In this document: in pieces, positions 46,775 through 57,800 of the stretch
How positions within the stretch are numbered: the stretch's first letter is position 1
Layout: every line of letters begins with the position of its first letter
Assembly (NCBI GenBank): GCA_045046875.1
Contig: JASFYY010000133.1
Location: 1-64,000 of the forward strand
Direction of reading: 5' to 3'
From: Verrucomicrobiota bacterium
Lineage (GTDB): Bacteria; Verrucomicrobiota; Verrucomicrobiia; Verrucomicrobiales; DEV007
DNA length: 64,000 bases
The notes under the pieces: generated by a model
Databases searched by the model: none
Told to the model about the DNA's origin: nothing
The model's input: the letters and a program-made list of their open reading frames with translations, nothing else
Program-made: the position numbers and the translations under genes

Positions 46775-48244
46775 CTACTTTTGCCCACCCGTCTTGTCAT
46801 CGATATTAATCCCGCGGGCTTCAAGCATTTTGCGGGGGTTCAGTGTGACGCCGGGCCATTTCTGGACAGGCTTGCGATAGGTATCTTCTGGATAGTATTT
46901 TTTTGGGTCGATTTCCAGATCACGGACAAATTGTTCCTGCTGCATTTCGCGTGGCATCTTGGGTGTAGGTAAAGCTATCGTCTCAGGAAGTTCCTCACCC
47001 GGTTTGAGGAACCAGCGTGGATCCATGGCGGTGGGTGCCGCGCCATCGGGCATGAGAGCTTCGCGTGACCAAATAGCGTCCTTGGTGACGTTGATTACCT
47101 GCACATCAGGGCCGCCGAACATGAACAACCCATCCCAATTGGCACGAATTTCTGCGACTGATTCAGCTGCCAAAGCCTCGCCCGACCATTCGTAATGGCA
47201 AATGGCGGCCATGCGTGGTTGGGTTTTCTTGAATAGGTAACCTGCGGCGTAATACATCGTATGGAAAATATCAATCGTGTATTCCCAGAGTTCCGAAGGT
47301 GCACCCAGCTTCATAGCCGAAATAGCCGGTACATCTATGGTTCCTTCTGATACAAATACGTCGGCTCCCTTACCGAACTCGGCGGATAGTTCATCTGGGC
47401 GTCCATCTCCAGTAAAGACAAAGGATAATCCTGCGTCTTCCCAGTCAAGTCGGTAGGCTACAGCTCCATCCTTCACATGGGAGCGGGGCCAGGATCGAAC
47501 CACTACCCCGTCTTTGTTGTAAACGATGCCGTTCCGTTGCTTCCAGTCGAACTCAGTAACATCGATCTCGAAGCCGTCGCCGATCGGGCAGGAGTTGAAA
47601 TTTTCTTCGTGCCAGCGGTTCATCTCCCGCATATGCTTGATCATGTGTTTGGTTCCCAATTTTGGAGTTCTCCCGGATGGGCCGTAAACTCTCAGCGGGT
47701 CGAACCCGCCTGAGAAAGCTCTGAAGGGATACATGTAGGGTAGGTCGGCAAAATGGTCGGCGTGCAGGTGGGTCAAGAAAATGTCGTTGATAAGTGGTGC
47801 AGGCACCTGCAGGGCGATGGCGTTACGGATGCTGCCATTACCCATGTCGAAGAAGAAACGACGGGGTTGCATTTCACCTGTTCCGAGTTCCACTAGGATT
47901 GAAGTGCCTGATTGCAATTTAGTTGGTGGCCAAGGAGTGCTGCCTAGAAACGAAATACGCATTTCGTTCTTCGGCAGGACTTCTGCCCCAGGCATATAAA
48001 AATTATTGTTCTTGATAGCAGGCCACGGCCGGTAGTCGTCCTTCGGTAGGCTTATGCCGCCGCCCGGGTTGGAGCCATAGGGGTTTGTTTCATCCGGTTT
48101 GGATGTCTCTGCATTTGCCGCGTTTGGAACAGCCATCGCAGCAGTTGTTGCGCCGGCACCCAGAGCGCTGTTCTTTATAAACTGGCGGCGACTCTGGTTT
48201 GGGGCAGACGTGTTCTTGGGGGGGGGACCATCGGGATTGTTCAT
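46775..48244 (-). CDS. TAT-exported metallo-beta-lactamase/RNase Z-like hydrolase (GntH-like family)
   Basis: SRRQFIK TAT motif, MRISFLGS, THLHADH, RSHVKDG, FTGDG, FH and CH motifs. Confidence 0.8.
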   Translation of the reverse strand: MNNPDGPPPKNTSAPNQSRRQFIKNSALGAGATTAAMAVPNAANAETSKPDETNPYGSNPGGGISLPKDDYRPWPAIKNNNFYMPGAEVLPKNEMRISFLGSTPWPPTKLQSGTSILVELGTGEMQPRRFFFDMGNGSIRNAIALQVPAPLINDIFLTHLHADHFADLPYMYPFRAFSGGFDPLRVYGPSGRTPKLGTKHMIKHMREMNRWHEENFNSCPIGDGFEIDVTEFDWKQRNGIVYNKDGVVVRSWPRSHVKDGAVAYRLDWEDAGLSFVFTGDGRPDELSAEFGKGADVFVSEGTIDVPAISAMKLGAPSELWEYTIDIFHTMYYAAGYLFKKTQPRMAAICHYEWSGEALAAESVAEIRANWDGLFMFGGPDVQVINVTKDAIWSREALMPDGAAPTAMDPRWFLKPGEELPETIALPTPKMPREMQQEQFVRDLEIDPKKYYPEDTYRKPVQKWPGVTLNPRKMLEARGINIDDKTGGQK

Positions 48245-48819
48245 AGTGGTATGGTTATTGGTTATGGTCTATAGCATTCTAAAAATAGCGTCAATCTTTT
48301 TTTTGTTTGAAAGCAAGAAAGCTTGGCAAGCATTGTAATATTAGAGCGAGCTTTTTAAAATTACTTCGGCAGCGAGTCATGAGGAAAACAAGTCGACCAA
48401 AGTAAGTCCTTTAGCGACCTTTTCGTCTTGGCTGGCGCCTATCGCGAATGCCCACATCTGGAGTAGAACACCATCGTTGTCTTCAGCAACAAGCGCTACC
48501 GCCGGATTATAGGTTGCTGCCAAACGTCTTGGAAAAGGTCGTTTCAGTTGTATAAAAGTCAGTCCTACTGGTTAGTAGGAAGTCGAACTCCAGTTCGAAG
48601 CCTTATAATCGTTAAGCGATGAAGAGTAAGCTTCAAGCAAGTGGTGTGAGAGCAGTTAATAGAAACATTGAAAAGCACAATAAAATGAATACCGGGTCAT
48701 CTGATCTTAATAGTTATCCTTTGTTTCTAGTCATTTGTTTTTTAACTTGTTCTTCCTCTTCGATGGGTCAAGGAGGGGGAGGATCCACTGATTGATCATT
48801 TTGCGGGAAGGTGGTTTTA

Positions 48820-49170
48820 TTAGTTGCAGGTTTTGATTCGCCCGACAAATATCATGCCCGCTAGTACGAGCAGTCCGGCGGGGACTTGAAGATAGATATT
48901 ATTCAAGACAAACAATGTTGAATAGCTGCCAAAGATTCCCATGGCAGAGAGTGCAATGACTTTGGATTTCAGGCTCATGCAGCGTTTTTCTTCCCAGTTG
49001 CGGATGGAGGGGCCGAAGAGTGGGTGGTTCAATAACCACTGATGCCGTTTTTTTGAAGACTTGGCGAAACAAGCGGCAGCCAATATTAGAAAAGGGGTCG
49101 TCGGCAGGACGGGGAGGAAAACCCCGAGAGTGGCGAGCGCAACAAAAATGAATCCAAGTGCCAGATACAT
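48820..49170 (-). CDS. ybaN: YbaN (DUF454) family membrane protein
   Basis: LGVFLPVLPTTPFLILAAACF.KSS...WLL.HP.FG..IRNW. Confidence 0.85.
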   Translation of the reverse strand: MYLALGFIFVALATLGVFLPVLPTTPFLILAAACFAKSSKKRHQWLLNHPLFGPSIRNWEEKRCMSLKSKVIALSAMGIFGSYSTLFVLNNIYLQVPAGLLVLAGMIFVGRIKTCN

Positions 49171-49287
49171 GCGAAATAGTTAATCCAATATATTCTTAAG
49201 GTGAATTGATTTTCGAGCTTAATCAAAATGCGTGCTTCAATATATGGCTGATCTAGGAAACCGCCCTTCAGACCTTATGGCAAGACT

Positions 49288-51729
49288 GTGATAAAAATTG
49301 CACATGTTCAAAAATGTTTCATGTTTGCAATTGTATCTTACATGCGTTTTTTGATTCCCCATAACATCAAGTCGCGCTGTCTCATCAGGATTTGGACTTT
49401 GGTGACCGTTACCATCTCGATTCTTGTGCTGACGGAGAGTGCTGTCTTGAGTGGCGAAACACATTGGGCCTTTCGTCCGGTATCAGATCCGCCCCTGCCG
49501 AGCGTGCGTGACACGGCTTGGCCTCAGCAAGGGATCGACTACTTTATTCTTTCCAAACTCGAGGCAGCTGGAATCAAACCGGCACCTTCTGCTGACAAGC
49601 ACACTTTGATTCGGCGTGTTTATTTTGACCTGATTGGCTTGCCTCCGACGCCGGAGCAAGTTGAGGCATTTCTCGCCGATGATTCTGATGACGCCTATGC
49701 AAAACTGATTGATACACTGCTCGAATCATCTCATTACGGGGAGCGGTGGGGGCGGCATTGGCTTGATGTGGCGCGTTACGGGGATTCGAATGGGGGTGAT
49801 GAAAATCACCATTTTCCTCATGCGTGGCGCTATCGCAATTGGGTTATCGATGCGTTCAATCGCGACCTGCCCTTTGATCAATTTTTACGGGAGCAACTCG
49901 CCGGTGATCTGCTTGAGCCGCTAAGTTCTGATCGGCTTACTGCCACAGCTTTCCTGGCCATTGGTACCAAGGTTATTGCTGAAAAGGACTCGATCAAAAA
50001 GCAGGCGGATATCATTGACGAGCAGTTGGATACGATTGGTCGAGCGTTTCTGGGATTATCCATCGGATGTGCACGATGTCACGATCACAAGTTTGATCCG
50101 ATTCCCACTAAAGATTATTACGCTCTGGCGGGTATCTTCCGGAGTATTGCAATTAAGGATCGTGTGCTGTTGAAGCCGGAGTTGGATGCGTTCAAGGAAT
50201 CCTTTAACAAGTCGCTTAAAGAAACCGGCATTCAAATCGCTGATGCTGAGAAGGCATTTGAACCTTTTTCTGCCCCTGATGAGAAGCTTGAGTGGGAAGC
50301 GGAAACATTCATAGCGGGAAACGTTCAAATCGATACCACTAACAAAGGTAAGGGGATTGGGGTTATTTGGGCAAAACAAGGAGGCGAGGTGAAGTATTTC
50401 GCTGATTATGACATTGAGGTGAAGCGTTCGGCTACCTATTTGATTCGTTTGCGTTATGCGGCACAAAATTTGCGAGTGGGCAAAATATTGATCGACGATA
50501 AGCTTGTGCTTGAGAAGGCTTTCACAAAAAGAACGGGGGGATGGATGCCTGAGAATCAGCAGTGGGTGGTCGAGGGGCAAGTCGAGTTGCTCGCGGGGAA
50601 GCACAAGTTCGGGATAGAAACCAAGCTGATGATGGCAAACATCGATAAGATGCAATTGATTGCGGTGAGATCAGATGCAGATGTATCCAAAGCATTGAAA
50701 GCTCTCCAGCAAGTTGATGCGGGGGAAGAAAAGCGAGGTGTCATCATGGCGGAGCAGAATGCGGGCCCTATCACAATGGCGGTCAATGAAAGCAAGATTC
50801 GTGAAGCCAGTGTGAATCTGCGCGGCGATCCGCACGATCTTGGTGAAGTTGTGCCAAGGGGGTTTTTGACCGGAATCGGAGCCAGTGATTCAGCGCAGCC
50901 TGGAAAGCAGAGCGGTCGACTTGAGTTGGCGAATTGGATGAGTGTGGCGGATCATCCGCTGACCTCGCGTGTTGCTGTAAACCGTATATGGCTGTGGCAT
51001 TTTGGCAGGGGATTGGTCGGCACTCCTGATAACTTTGGCACAACAGGAGAGGAGCCAAGTCATCCCGAACTGCTTGATTATCTGGCTAGTCAATTTGTCA
51101 AAGATGGCTGGTCGGTGAAGGCACTGCACCGCAAAATCATGTTGTCGAGTGTTTATCAAATGAGCTCGTCCGGGCAGGTTACGGATGGTCAAGACGCTAA
51201 TTATTCGAGTTACAAGATTAGGAGGGTCGAAGCTGAAGCGTTTCGCGACTCGGTATTAAAAGTGTCGGGAACTCTAGTGAAGTCTGCGCCGGCCGGTGCA
51301 TCGCCTGAAGTAAATACACGTGGTCCCGGTGCCAATCGCAAGGTTTATGAACAGTATCCTCATCGCAGTGTCTACCTGCCGGTGGTTCGCTCGCATGTGT
51401 ATGATCTGCTGACCCTGCTGGATTTCCCTAACGCGAGTACGCCGGTTGGCAAACGAAACAATACGACGGTGGCTTCCCAGGCCTTGTTGATGTTGAACAA
51501 TCCTTTCCTTATTAAAAAAGCGGAGTTGCTGGGTGTTGCGGTTCGACGTGAACAAGATCCGCTGAACGAACTTTATATGCGACTGTTTTCACGTCCGGTG
51601 AGTGATGAAGAGCGGAGTTGGGCAGAGAATTTTCTAAAACAATCGCTAACTCGTGGCACTGATGAGCATGCCTGGACGCTGTTCTGTCAGACATTGTTGA
51701 TTTCCAACGATTTTTTATACATCAGGTGA
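49288..51729 (+). CDS. PVC DUF1549/DUF1553 (PSD1/PSCyt2) protein with a carbohydrate-binding-like insert
   Basis: HWAF.P, LIRR...DLIGLPPT, YGERWGRHWLDVARYGD, CARCHDHKFDP, RV.VNRIW..HFGRG, PSHPELLD; central EAE...LRYA...G.H beta-sandwich. Start uncertain. Confidence 0.9.
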   Translation: MIKIAHVQKCFMFAIVSYMRFLIPHNIKSRCLIRIWTLVTVTISILVLTESAVLSGETHWAFRPVSDPPLPSVRDTAWPQQGIDYFILSKLEAAGIKPAPSADKHTLIRRVYFDLIGLPPTPEQVEAFLADDSDDAYAKLIDTLLESSHYGERWGRHWLDVARYGDSNGGDENHHFPHAWRYRNWVIDAFNRDLPFDQFLREQLAGDLLEPLSSDRLTATAFLAIGTKVIAEKDSIKKQADIIDEQLDTIGRAFLGLSIGCARCHDHKFDPIPTKDYYALAGIFRSIAIKDRVLLKPELDAFKESFNKSLKETGIQIADAEKAFEPFSAPDEKLEWEAETFIAGNVQIDTTNKGKGIGVIWAKQGGEVKYFADYDIEVKRSATYLIRLRYAAQNLRVGKILIDDKLVLEKAFTKRTGGWMPENQQWVVEGQVELLAGKHKFGIETKLMMANIDKMQLIAVRSDADVSKALKALQQVDAGEEKRGVIMAEQNAGPITMAVNESKIREASVNLRGDPHDLGEVVPRGFLTGIGASDSAQPGKQSGRLELANWMSVADHPLTSRVAVNRIWLWHFGRGLVGTPDNFGTTGEEPSHPELLDYLASQFVKDGWSVKALHRKIMLSSVYQMSSSGQVTDGQDANYSSYKIRRVEAEAFRDSVLKVSGTLVKSAPAGASPEVNTRGPGANRKVYEQYPHRSVYLPVVRSHVYDLLTLLDFPNASTPVGKRNNTTVASQALLMLNNPFLIKKAELLGVAVRREQDPLNELYMRLFSRPVSDEERSWAENFLKQSLTRGTDEHAWTLFCQTLLISNDFLYIR

Positions 51730-53177
51730 TGACAGAAAATACCCAGCACCCTGTCTTAAGCCGCCGCGCCGCGCTTGACCGGATGTGTGTTGGTTTCGGC
51801 GGACTTGCCTTGAATGCGATGTTTGCTGACTCGTCTATTGCGGGAGCGAATCAGTCTCTTCCTGAAAGTTTGCCTCATATTCCCGCCCGCGCCAAACGTG
51901 TCATTTTTATGTTCATGCATGGCGGTCCTTCGCAGGTTGATTTATTCGATTACAAACCCAAGCTCGAACAATACGCCGGCAAGCCACTGCCTTTTGCCGA
52001 GCGCAAAGTGCAGTTTGCCAAACGCGGTAATCTCAGACCCTCTCCCTGGAAATTTCGCCAGGTGGGGCAGAGCGGAATGTGGATGTCGGAATTGTGGCAG
52101 CACCTTCCGAAAGTCGCAGATGAATTGTGCATGTTGCACTCGGTGTGCGAGACCAATGTCTCGCACGGTGGTGCCACGATGAAGTTGCATACTGGAGATG
52201 AGACCCTGGTGAGGCCCGGTATGGGAGCATGGGTCAGCTATGGTTTGGGAACCGAAAACCAGAACCTGCCAGGTTTTATCACCATTTGTCCGACCTCGCT
52301 GAACGGTGGGGTCAATAATTTTGGTTCGGCTTTTCTTCCGCCGGTTCATCAGGGGGTGTCTTATGGAACGCCGGCTTATCCCAATACTCTCGCTAAAAAC
52401 GCTAAATTTCACTACATGACGAACGCCAGTGCCAGTTCTGAGGATCAGGCTCAGCAGCTCGACCTGCTGCGTAGAATGCGTAACAGACAGGTGAAAACTG
52501 GCGGCAGTCATCCCGAGCTCGATGCGCGTCTTCGATCTTTTGAGTTGGCATTCCGTATGCAGATGGCTGCGCCGGAAGCGACTGATTTGGGGGCGGAAAC
52601 CGAAGCAACCCGAAAACTCTATGGGATGGACGATGCGAAGACGGAAAATTTTGGTCGTCAATGTTTGTTGGCTAGACGATTTGCCGAGAGAGGGGTGCGT
52701 TTTATTCAGATCAGTCATTCCCACAGTTTGCCTTTCAGCAATGAGCAGTGGGATCAACACGGTCATCTGGAGGAGGGGCATTCAATCAACGTCGGCCAAA
52801 CAGATAAGCCGATCACCGGTCTGATTCTCGACTTGAAGGCTCGTGGACTGCTTGATGATACCCTAGTTGTGTGGGGCGGGGAGTTTGGGCGCACGCCAAC
52901 GGTTCAGGCGGGCAAGGGAGCCTGGGGACGCGATCACCATCCTGATGGATTTACGATGTGGATGGCTGGCGGCGGCGTGAAGGGAGGGTTTCGCTATGGC
53001 AAGACCGATGAATTTGGTTACCATGCGGTTGAGGATCGATGTACAATACACGATCTTCATGCCACTCTTCTGCATTTGCTGGGTCTCGATCATGAAAAGC
53101 TCACCTACCGTGCTTACGGACGGGATTTTCGTCTAACCGATGTCTATGGTGAGGTCGCGCACAAGATACTTGCATAA
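51726..53177 (+). CDS. DUF1501 domain protein (TAT-exported, PVC)
   Basis: SRR TAT motif, AKRVIFMFM.GGPSQ.D.FD.KP, WDQH, GEFGRTP, GRDH, D.HAT.LHLLG.DH. Confidence 0.9.
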   Translation: MMTENTQHPVLSRRAALDRMCVGFGGLALNAMFADSSIAGANQSLPESLPHIPARAKRVIFMFMHGGPSQVDLFDYKPKLEQYAGKPLPFAERKVQFAKRGNLRPSPWKFRQVGQSGMWMSELWQHLPKVADELCMLHSVCETNVSHGGATMKLHTGDETLVRPGMGAWVSYGLGTENQNLPGFITICPTSLNGGVNNFGSAFLPPVHQGVSYGTPAYPNTLAKNAKFHYMTNASASSEDQAQQLDLLRRMRNRQVKTGGSHPELDARLRSFELAFRMQMAAPEATDLGAETEATRKLYGMDDAKTENFGRQCLLARRFAERGVRFIQISHSHSLPFSNEQWDQHGHLEEGHSINVGQTDKPITGLILDLKARGLLDDTLVVWGGEFGRTPTVQAGKGAWGRDHHPDGFTMWMAGGGVKGGFRYGKTDEFGYHAVEDRCTIHDLHATLLHLLGLDHEKLTYRAYGRDFRLTDVYGEVAHKILA

Positions 53178-53275
53178 GGCTTTCAATTGACTTCAGGTAG
53201 AATAGCTAATATCGAAGTCTGTTAGTTTTCGGTAAATGAATCGACCATTAATCCCGCAATTATAGAGAGGAGAAA

Positions 53276-54826
53276 ATGAAAATCCCCAGTGTTCTAGTTT
53301 TCGCAACTGTGATTTTATCGATTTGTTCGATCGGTGCTCAGGATGGAATTGAGATGCCCGGTCTCTACAAAGGCCCGCCAAGCATGTTGGGTATGGCTGA
53401 GGGAGGGATGAAGGCTTCCGTGTCTCCGTATTTTTTGGTCAAGGATGTAGATGTGATTGGTTTCGAGGTTGATTGGGGGGATGGGGCAAAGGAATTGGTC
53501 GCAATGAGCGCCTTGCCGCGTATTCATGAATACAAGACGAGCGGGCGGAAGGAGGTCAATGTAAAAACAAAACACAAAGACGGAACTTTGTCGGAAGTCC
53601 AGTCAGGAGCGGTGACCGCGAATGCTAATGGAGAGGCTTTGGCAACATACGCTCCCGCTTTTCCGGGAGCTGCTGGTTTTGGTAGCGAGACCCGAGGAGG
53701 GAGAGGGGGCAAACTTTATGAAGTGACTTCGTTATCAGGCGGCAGCGAGAAGGGAACCATTCGTCATGCTCTGGCTGCGCAAGGTGCGCGGAAGGTGGTT
53801 TTCAAAGTAAGTGGGGTGATTGAATTGGGTGGCAAGGTTTTGGAGGTTACGAATCCATATGTCACGATCGACGGTTCATCTGCTCCGGGGCTGGGAGTGG
53901 TGCTGAAAGATGCTCCGCTGGTGATCTCGACTCATGATGTGATTGTTCGGCATTTGAAAATGCGGCCGGGAGATGGTCCTAACGGAGTTCTTGGACAGTA
54001 TCGGAATGCGCTGCAGATCATTGGCCATGATGATGGCAAGGAGGTGAATGATCTCAGCAAGGATCCCTATAATATCATTGTCGATCATTGCAGTATGTCG
54101 TGGTCAACCGATCAGGTGGCTTCGACCTGGTATGGAGCCAGTCATGTGACATTCTCGTGGAATATATTCAGTGAGGCACTTCATGACAGTATTCATAATG
54201 AGGGGCCTCACTCCACCTCTTTTATGTATGGTCCGGGCAGCATGAACATGTCTTTTCATCACAATATCATTGCTCACGGTGGATCAAGAAATCCTCTGGT
54301 TTATATCAACTGCTCGGCTGAGGTGATTTCGAATGTGATCTACAACTGGAAATATGTTGGGACCAATTTGGGAGGGATTAGGAAATCAAAAGGCATTACC
54401 AGAGTGAATTTGATTGGCAATTATTATCTGCCGGGGGTGGATACCGATCCTGAGAGGCTGAAGAAGGCGTTTAACGTGAATACCGGATGGAAGAATGAGA
54501 GGGTATATGTGCATGATAATTCCGGCCTGATAAACGGGGCTATTAAAACCGATTTGGATTTAGGTCGGTTTGAGATTGATACTGGGAAGTTGGAAAACAC
54601 ACCGGCTTTGCCTTCGACGAATGTGGAGATCAACAAGTCATCTGAGATTTTAAAAATACTCACAGCTAAGAAGGGGGCGGGGGCTCAATCAAAGCTGGTC
54701 GATCCGGTTGATGCTCGGATTAAGCGGGAGGTGCAGAGTGGGACGGGAAAGATCATTGACTCGCAGAAACAGCGGGAAGGTTATGCGCCTTATCGGAAAT
54801 CGGCTGCTTGGATTTTTTCTCGGTAA
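53276..54826 (+). CDS. Secreted pectate-lyase-like (PL1) protein with N-terminal PKD-like domain
   Basis: VDWGDG; PAFPGA.GFG..TRGGRGG; IVDHCSMSWSTD; RNP; NVIYNW; GKIIDSQ. Confidence 0.8.
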   Translation: MKIPSVLVFATVILSICSIGAQDGIEMPGLYKGPPSMLGMAEGGMKASVSPYFLVKDVDVIGFEVDWGDGAKELVAMSALPRIHEYKTSGRKEVNVKTKHKDGTLSEVQSGAVTANANGEALATYAPAFPGAAGFGSETRGGRGGKLYEVTSLSGGSEKGTIRHALAAQGARKVVFKVSGVIELGGKVLEVTNPYVTIDGSSAPGLGVVLKDAPLVISTHDVIVRHLKMRPGDGPNGVLGQYRNALQIIGHDDGKEVNDLSKDPYNIIVDHCSMSWSTDQVASTWYGASHVTFSWNIFSEALHDSIHNEGPHSTSFMYGPGSMNMSFHHNIIAHGGSRNPLVYINCSAEVISNVIYNWKYVGTNLGGIRKSKGITRVNLIGNYYLPGVDTDPERLKKAFNVNTGWKNERVYVHDNSGLINGAIKTDLDLGRFEIDTGKLENTPALPSTNVEINKSSEILKILTAKKGAGAQSKLVDPVDARIKREVQSGTGKIIDSQKQREGYAPYRKSAAWIFSR

Positions 54827-54851
54827 TAAAAAGCTTATTTCCGATTTAGTT

Positions 54852-57800
54852 CTATTTAGGAAACGAGCAATCGAGAAGGAATGATGCTATCTTGTTTCCT
54901 GATTGTTGCGTCGCCTTGTCACAATATTTCCGTAATTCCGAACGAGCTCCTTTGGGAAGTTTGCTTTTCAAGAATTGGGGTTTTTCCCAGCGACCTTTGC
55001 TTTTAAACCATCCAACAAGATAAATCCCGTGGCTCCATTCTGGCTCACTGTTCAGATATCTTTCAATCAGCTGTTCTTTGATTGATTCTAAAATATTTGA
55101 TTTTGTTATTCTGTTGTCGTGTGCGCGTTTGATCTCGATTATGACAGTGATAAGGTTCTCCCCTGAGCTGTCGTGCGGCAATGCTTCTACTTTCAAATCA
55201 ACCCTTTGATTGAGGCGATTGACTACGACTTCTCGATTTACCGTTATTCCTTTAAGATCTCTACTCAGCCATTGTTCAATTTCGTGTGATAGTATTTCTT
55301 CGCGTTTTGGTGAGTCTCCATCCCACACTCTGGAAATATTTTGTCGTTGTAGATTTTCTTGAAAATGTTCAAGGGAATACAGAATCACAGCTTGTAGATC
55401 GTCGCCGTTTCTCACTAGTGAAGCATGGGAGTGTTGGACAAGTTTCAATAGATCCTTGCAAGCGATAGGGGACCATTCGAGACGGTTTTTGTTCTGAGTT
55501 GCTTCGTGCAGTTGCCAACGAATACCACCTTCCTGGTCAGGAGTCAGATGGTTTAGAATTCGACCGAGTTGTTCAGTGTCTCCCCGGCGGGTAAGTTCAC
55601 GGGTGCAATCTCCTCGTAGGCTAATGCATTCATCTTCAGGAGTGACGAATGTTGCTTCACGGCTCAGTGGTGGGTCGTCTGAAGGTGGAAAAAGATGAAT
55701 AAGTAATAAATACAAATCGGCAATCTGGTCGGAATCGAGTGAAGATAGAAAAGTAAAGCTTCGTAGGTCGAAATCGGAAACGTTTTCTAGAAATAGCTTT
55801 CGGGTAGACTCTAGATCTGACGCAATCAATGGCCAGATTTGCGTCCACATCTCACTATGTAAAATCAGCAAAGCTGTGCCAGCAAATGCGCGATCCGATG
55901 GAGACTTGAGATTTGTGCATGAGTTTTGAAGTCGCTGCAGAAACGCTTGCGCGAAATCGATAGCCGCTGATCGATCATTTTTGATCAAAAACATGAGCCC
56001 GTCACGCATGGATTGAGGCTTGATGGAAGGTGAGCTTAGAATTTCCGCCAGCAACTCACTGAACGCGCGATCCCATATTTGATTAAAAGCGTGAAAGTCA
56101 CTAAACCATCCTTCACTTTCATCGTTAAGGCGTCTTTCGAGCATTGTCTTTAACCATTTACGGCATTCGCTTGGGTTTAATTCGAAAGCGAGTTTGACCA
56201 TCTCCTTGTGCTCGTCCTCCGCATTGCTGGAATAATCAATGAGAGCGGCGATCCATTTCTCCCTCACAGCTGCATTTAATTTTTCATCGTCATTCAATTC
56301 ATCTCGTAGCCATCTTACAGCGTGATAAGCAGCATTCGAGCCGTTGGTTCTTTGTTCCTCCTTATTTCGCTTATCATTGAATTCTAATAGGAATTTTTTG
56401 GCGGTAGTTCGAAGCAAGGATTTATCTTTAATTGAAAGATTTGCAAAGAGAGGGGCAGAATCGATGTCAAGAGAGGTGAAGTTTAAAGAATCTGCTTTGG
56501 CTAGTAGCGGGGGAATCACATTGACCCATCCGTAGGCGTGACCGCCTCGGCATTGTTCCAGGCCTTCCTCAAACATGTTTTGCCAGGTCGGATTCTTATT
56601 GGAGCGCGCTTTTTGTCTTCGAGCAGATTGTTCACGTCGCCGAGTCAGATGCAGTTCTCCGGCTCGTTCGAAACGCAACATAGTATCGTGGAGGTCGAGT
56701 CCGGCTTTGGTAATCGGGGGAAAGCGATCTCTGATTTCCGGGTATTGTTTATAGCTTTGTTGCAATAATGCGCGGTATTTTTCCCGCGATTCAGACCCAG
56801 TGTGGAAACGGATGGCCATTGCCCATATCTTACGGCGACTTTCCAGAGCGCTTGAAAGCTGTTCCAATAGCCATCCAAGATCCATCTGAGACAAATAGCC
56901 GAGAAGTAAAACAACATCTTCAACCTTGGTGTCTGGATGGTTGAGCGCTGTCGAGACGAAAGTATTCACTTGGGCGGAATCAGAGAACACGGAAGCGATT
57001 TCAGATTGATCTGCGACTTTGGGTAAGGGCTGAAATTTCCGGGCCTTGGCGAGCCACATTTCTACCAAGGGGATGGCAATTTCTGGCTGATCAAGGTTGT
57101 CGCAAGCCATTTCAAATACTCGGTCTGCGAATTTCTGAAATGGTGAAAGGGAATCGAAGCAAGCTCGTAAACTACTGAGGAATTCGATTGAATCAGGTAA
57201 ATCTTCCGGAAGCAGGTAGCCAGGTAACTGGCGGTAGAGAAATGCCTGATAGGAACCAAAGAAGGATTCTTCCTTGGGGTAGGTGAGGTATGGAATTGTC
57301 TCACGGACTGAAATGCACGTGGGAACAAGCAGCCGAAGAGCAATTCCCTTCAGAGTATCATCAGTATCGGATACAAGTTCACCTGCGGCTAGTTGGAGCA
57401 ATTTTTTTTTCCAAGGTTGCGGATTTTTTTCTATGACACTTAACGCGTAACCGGCATCTCGTCTCATTTCGTCGTGCGGACGTTCCAAAATTTCCCATAA
57501 GGCAGAATCCAAATCAGATAGCTGACATTTTCGGGCGAACTCCAGGGAGAATTGTCTCACCCAGTGATTCCTCGATGAGTCGAGGATGACAGGTCGCAAA
57601 ATATCGGAAAGACCTGGGAATGTAATTGTGTGACTTAGGGATGAAATAGATCGGCTGGGCCCGGGGTCCTGGGTTTCCGCTATATCAATCAGACGTCGAA
57701 CAAGAGATTCTTTTTGCCCGACTGAGTAAAGGCTCAGATCTGCTTGTAAAAGTGTCTCCGGGTGGTGTTGGAGTAACAACTCGAAAAATAATTCATTGTC

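Noticed and set aside
46775..48244. Guanitoxin biosynthesis or beta-lactam resistance
   Set aside because: The resemblance is at fold or family level only; no other gnt genes and no class B beta-lactamase-specific features were seen.
48340..48800. Possible gene remnant or ncRNA between the MBL gene and ybaN
   Set aside because: Only short, stop-interrupted frames and no convincing structure or family motif.
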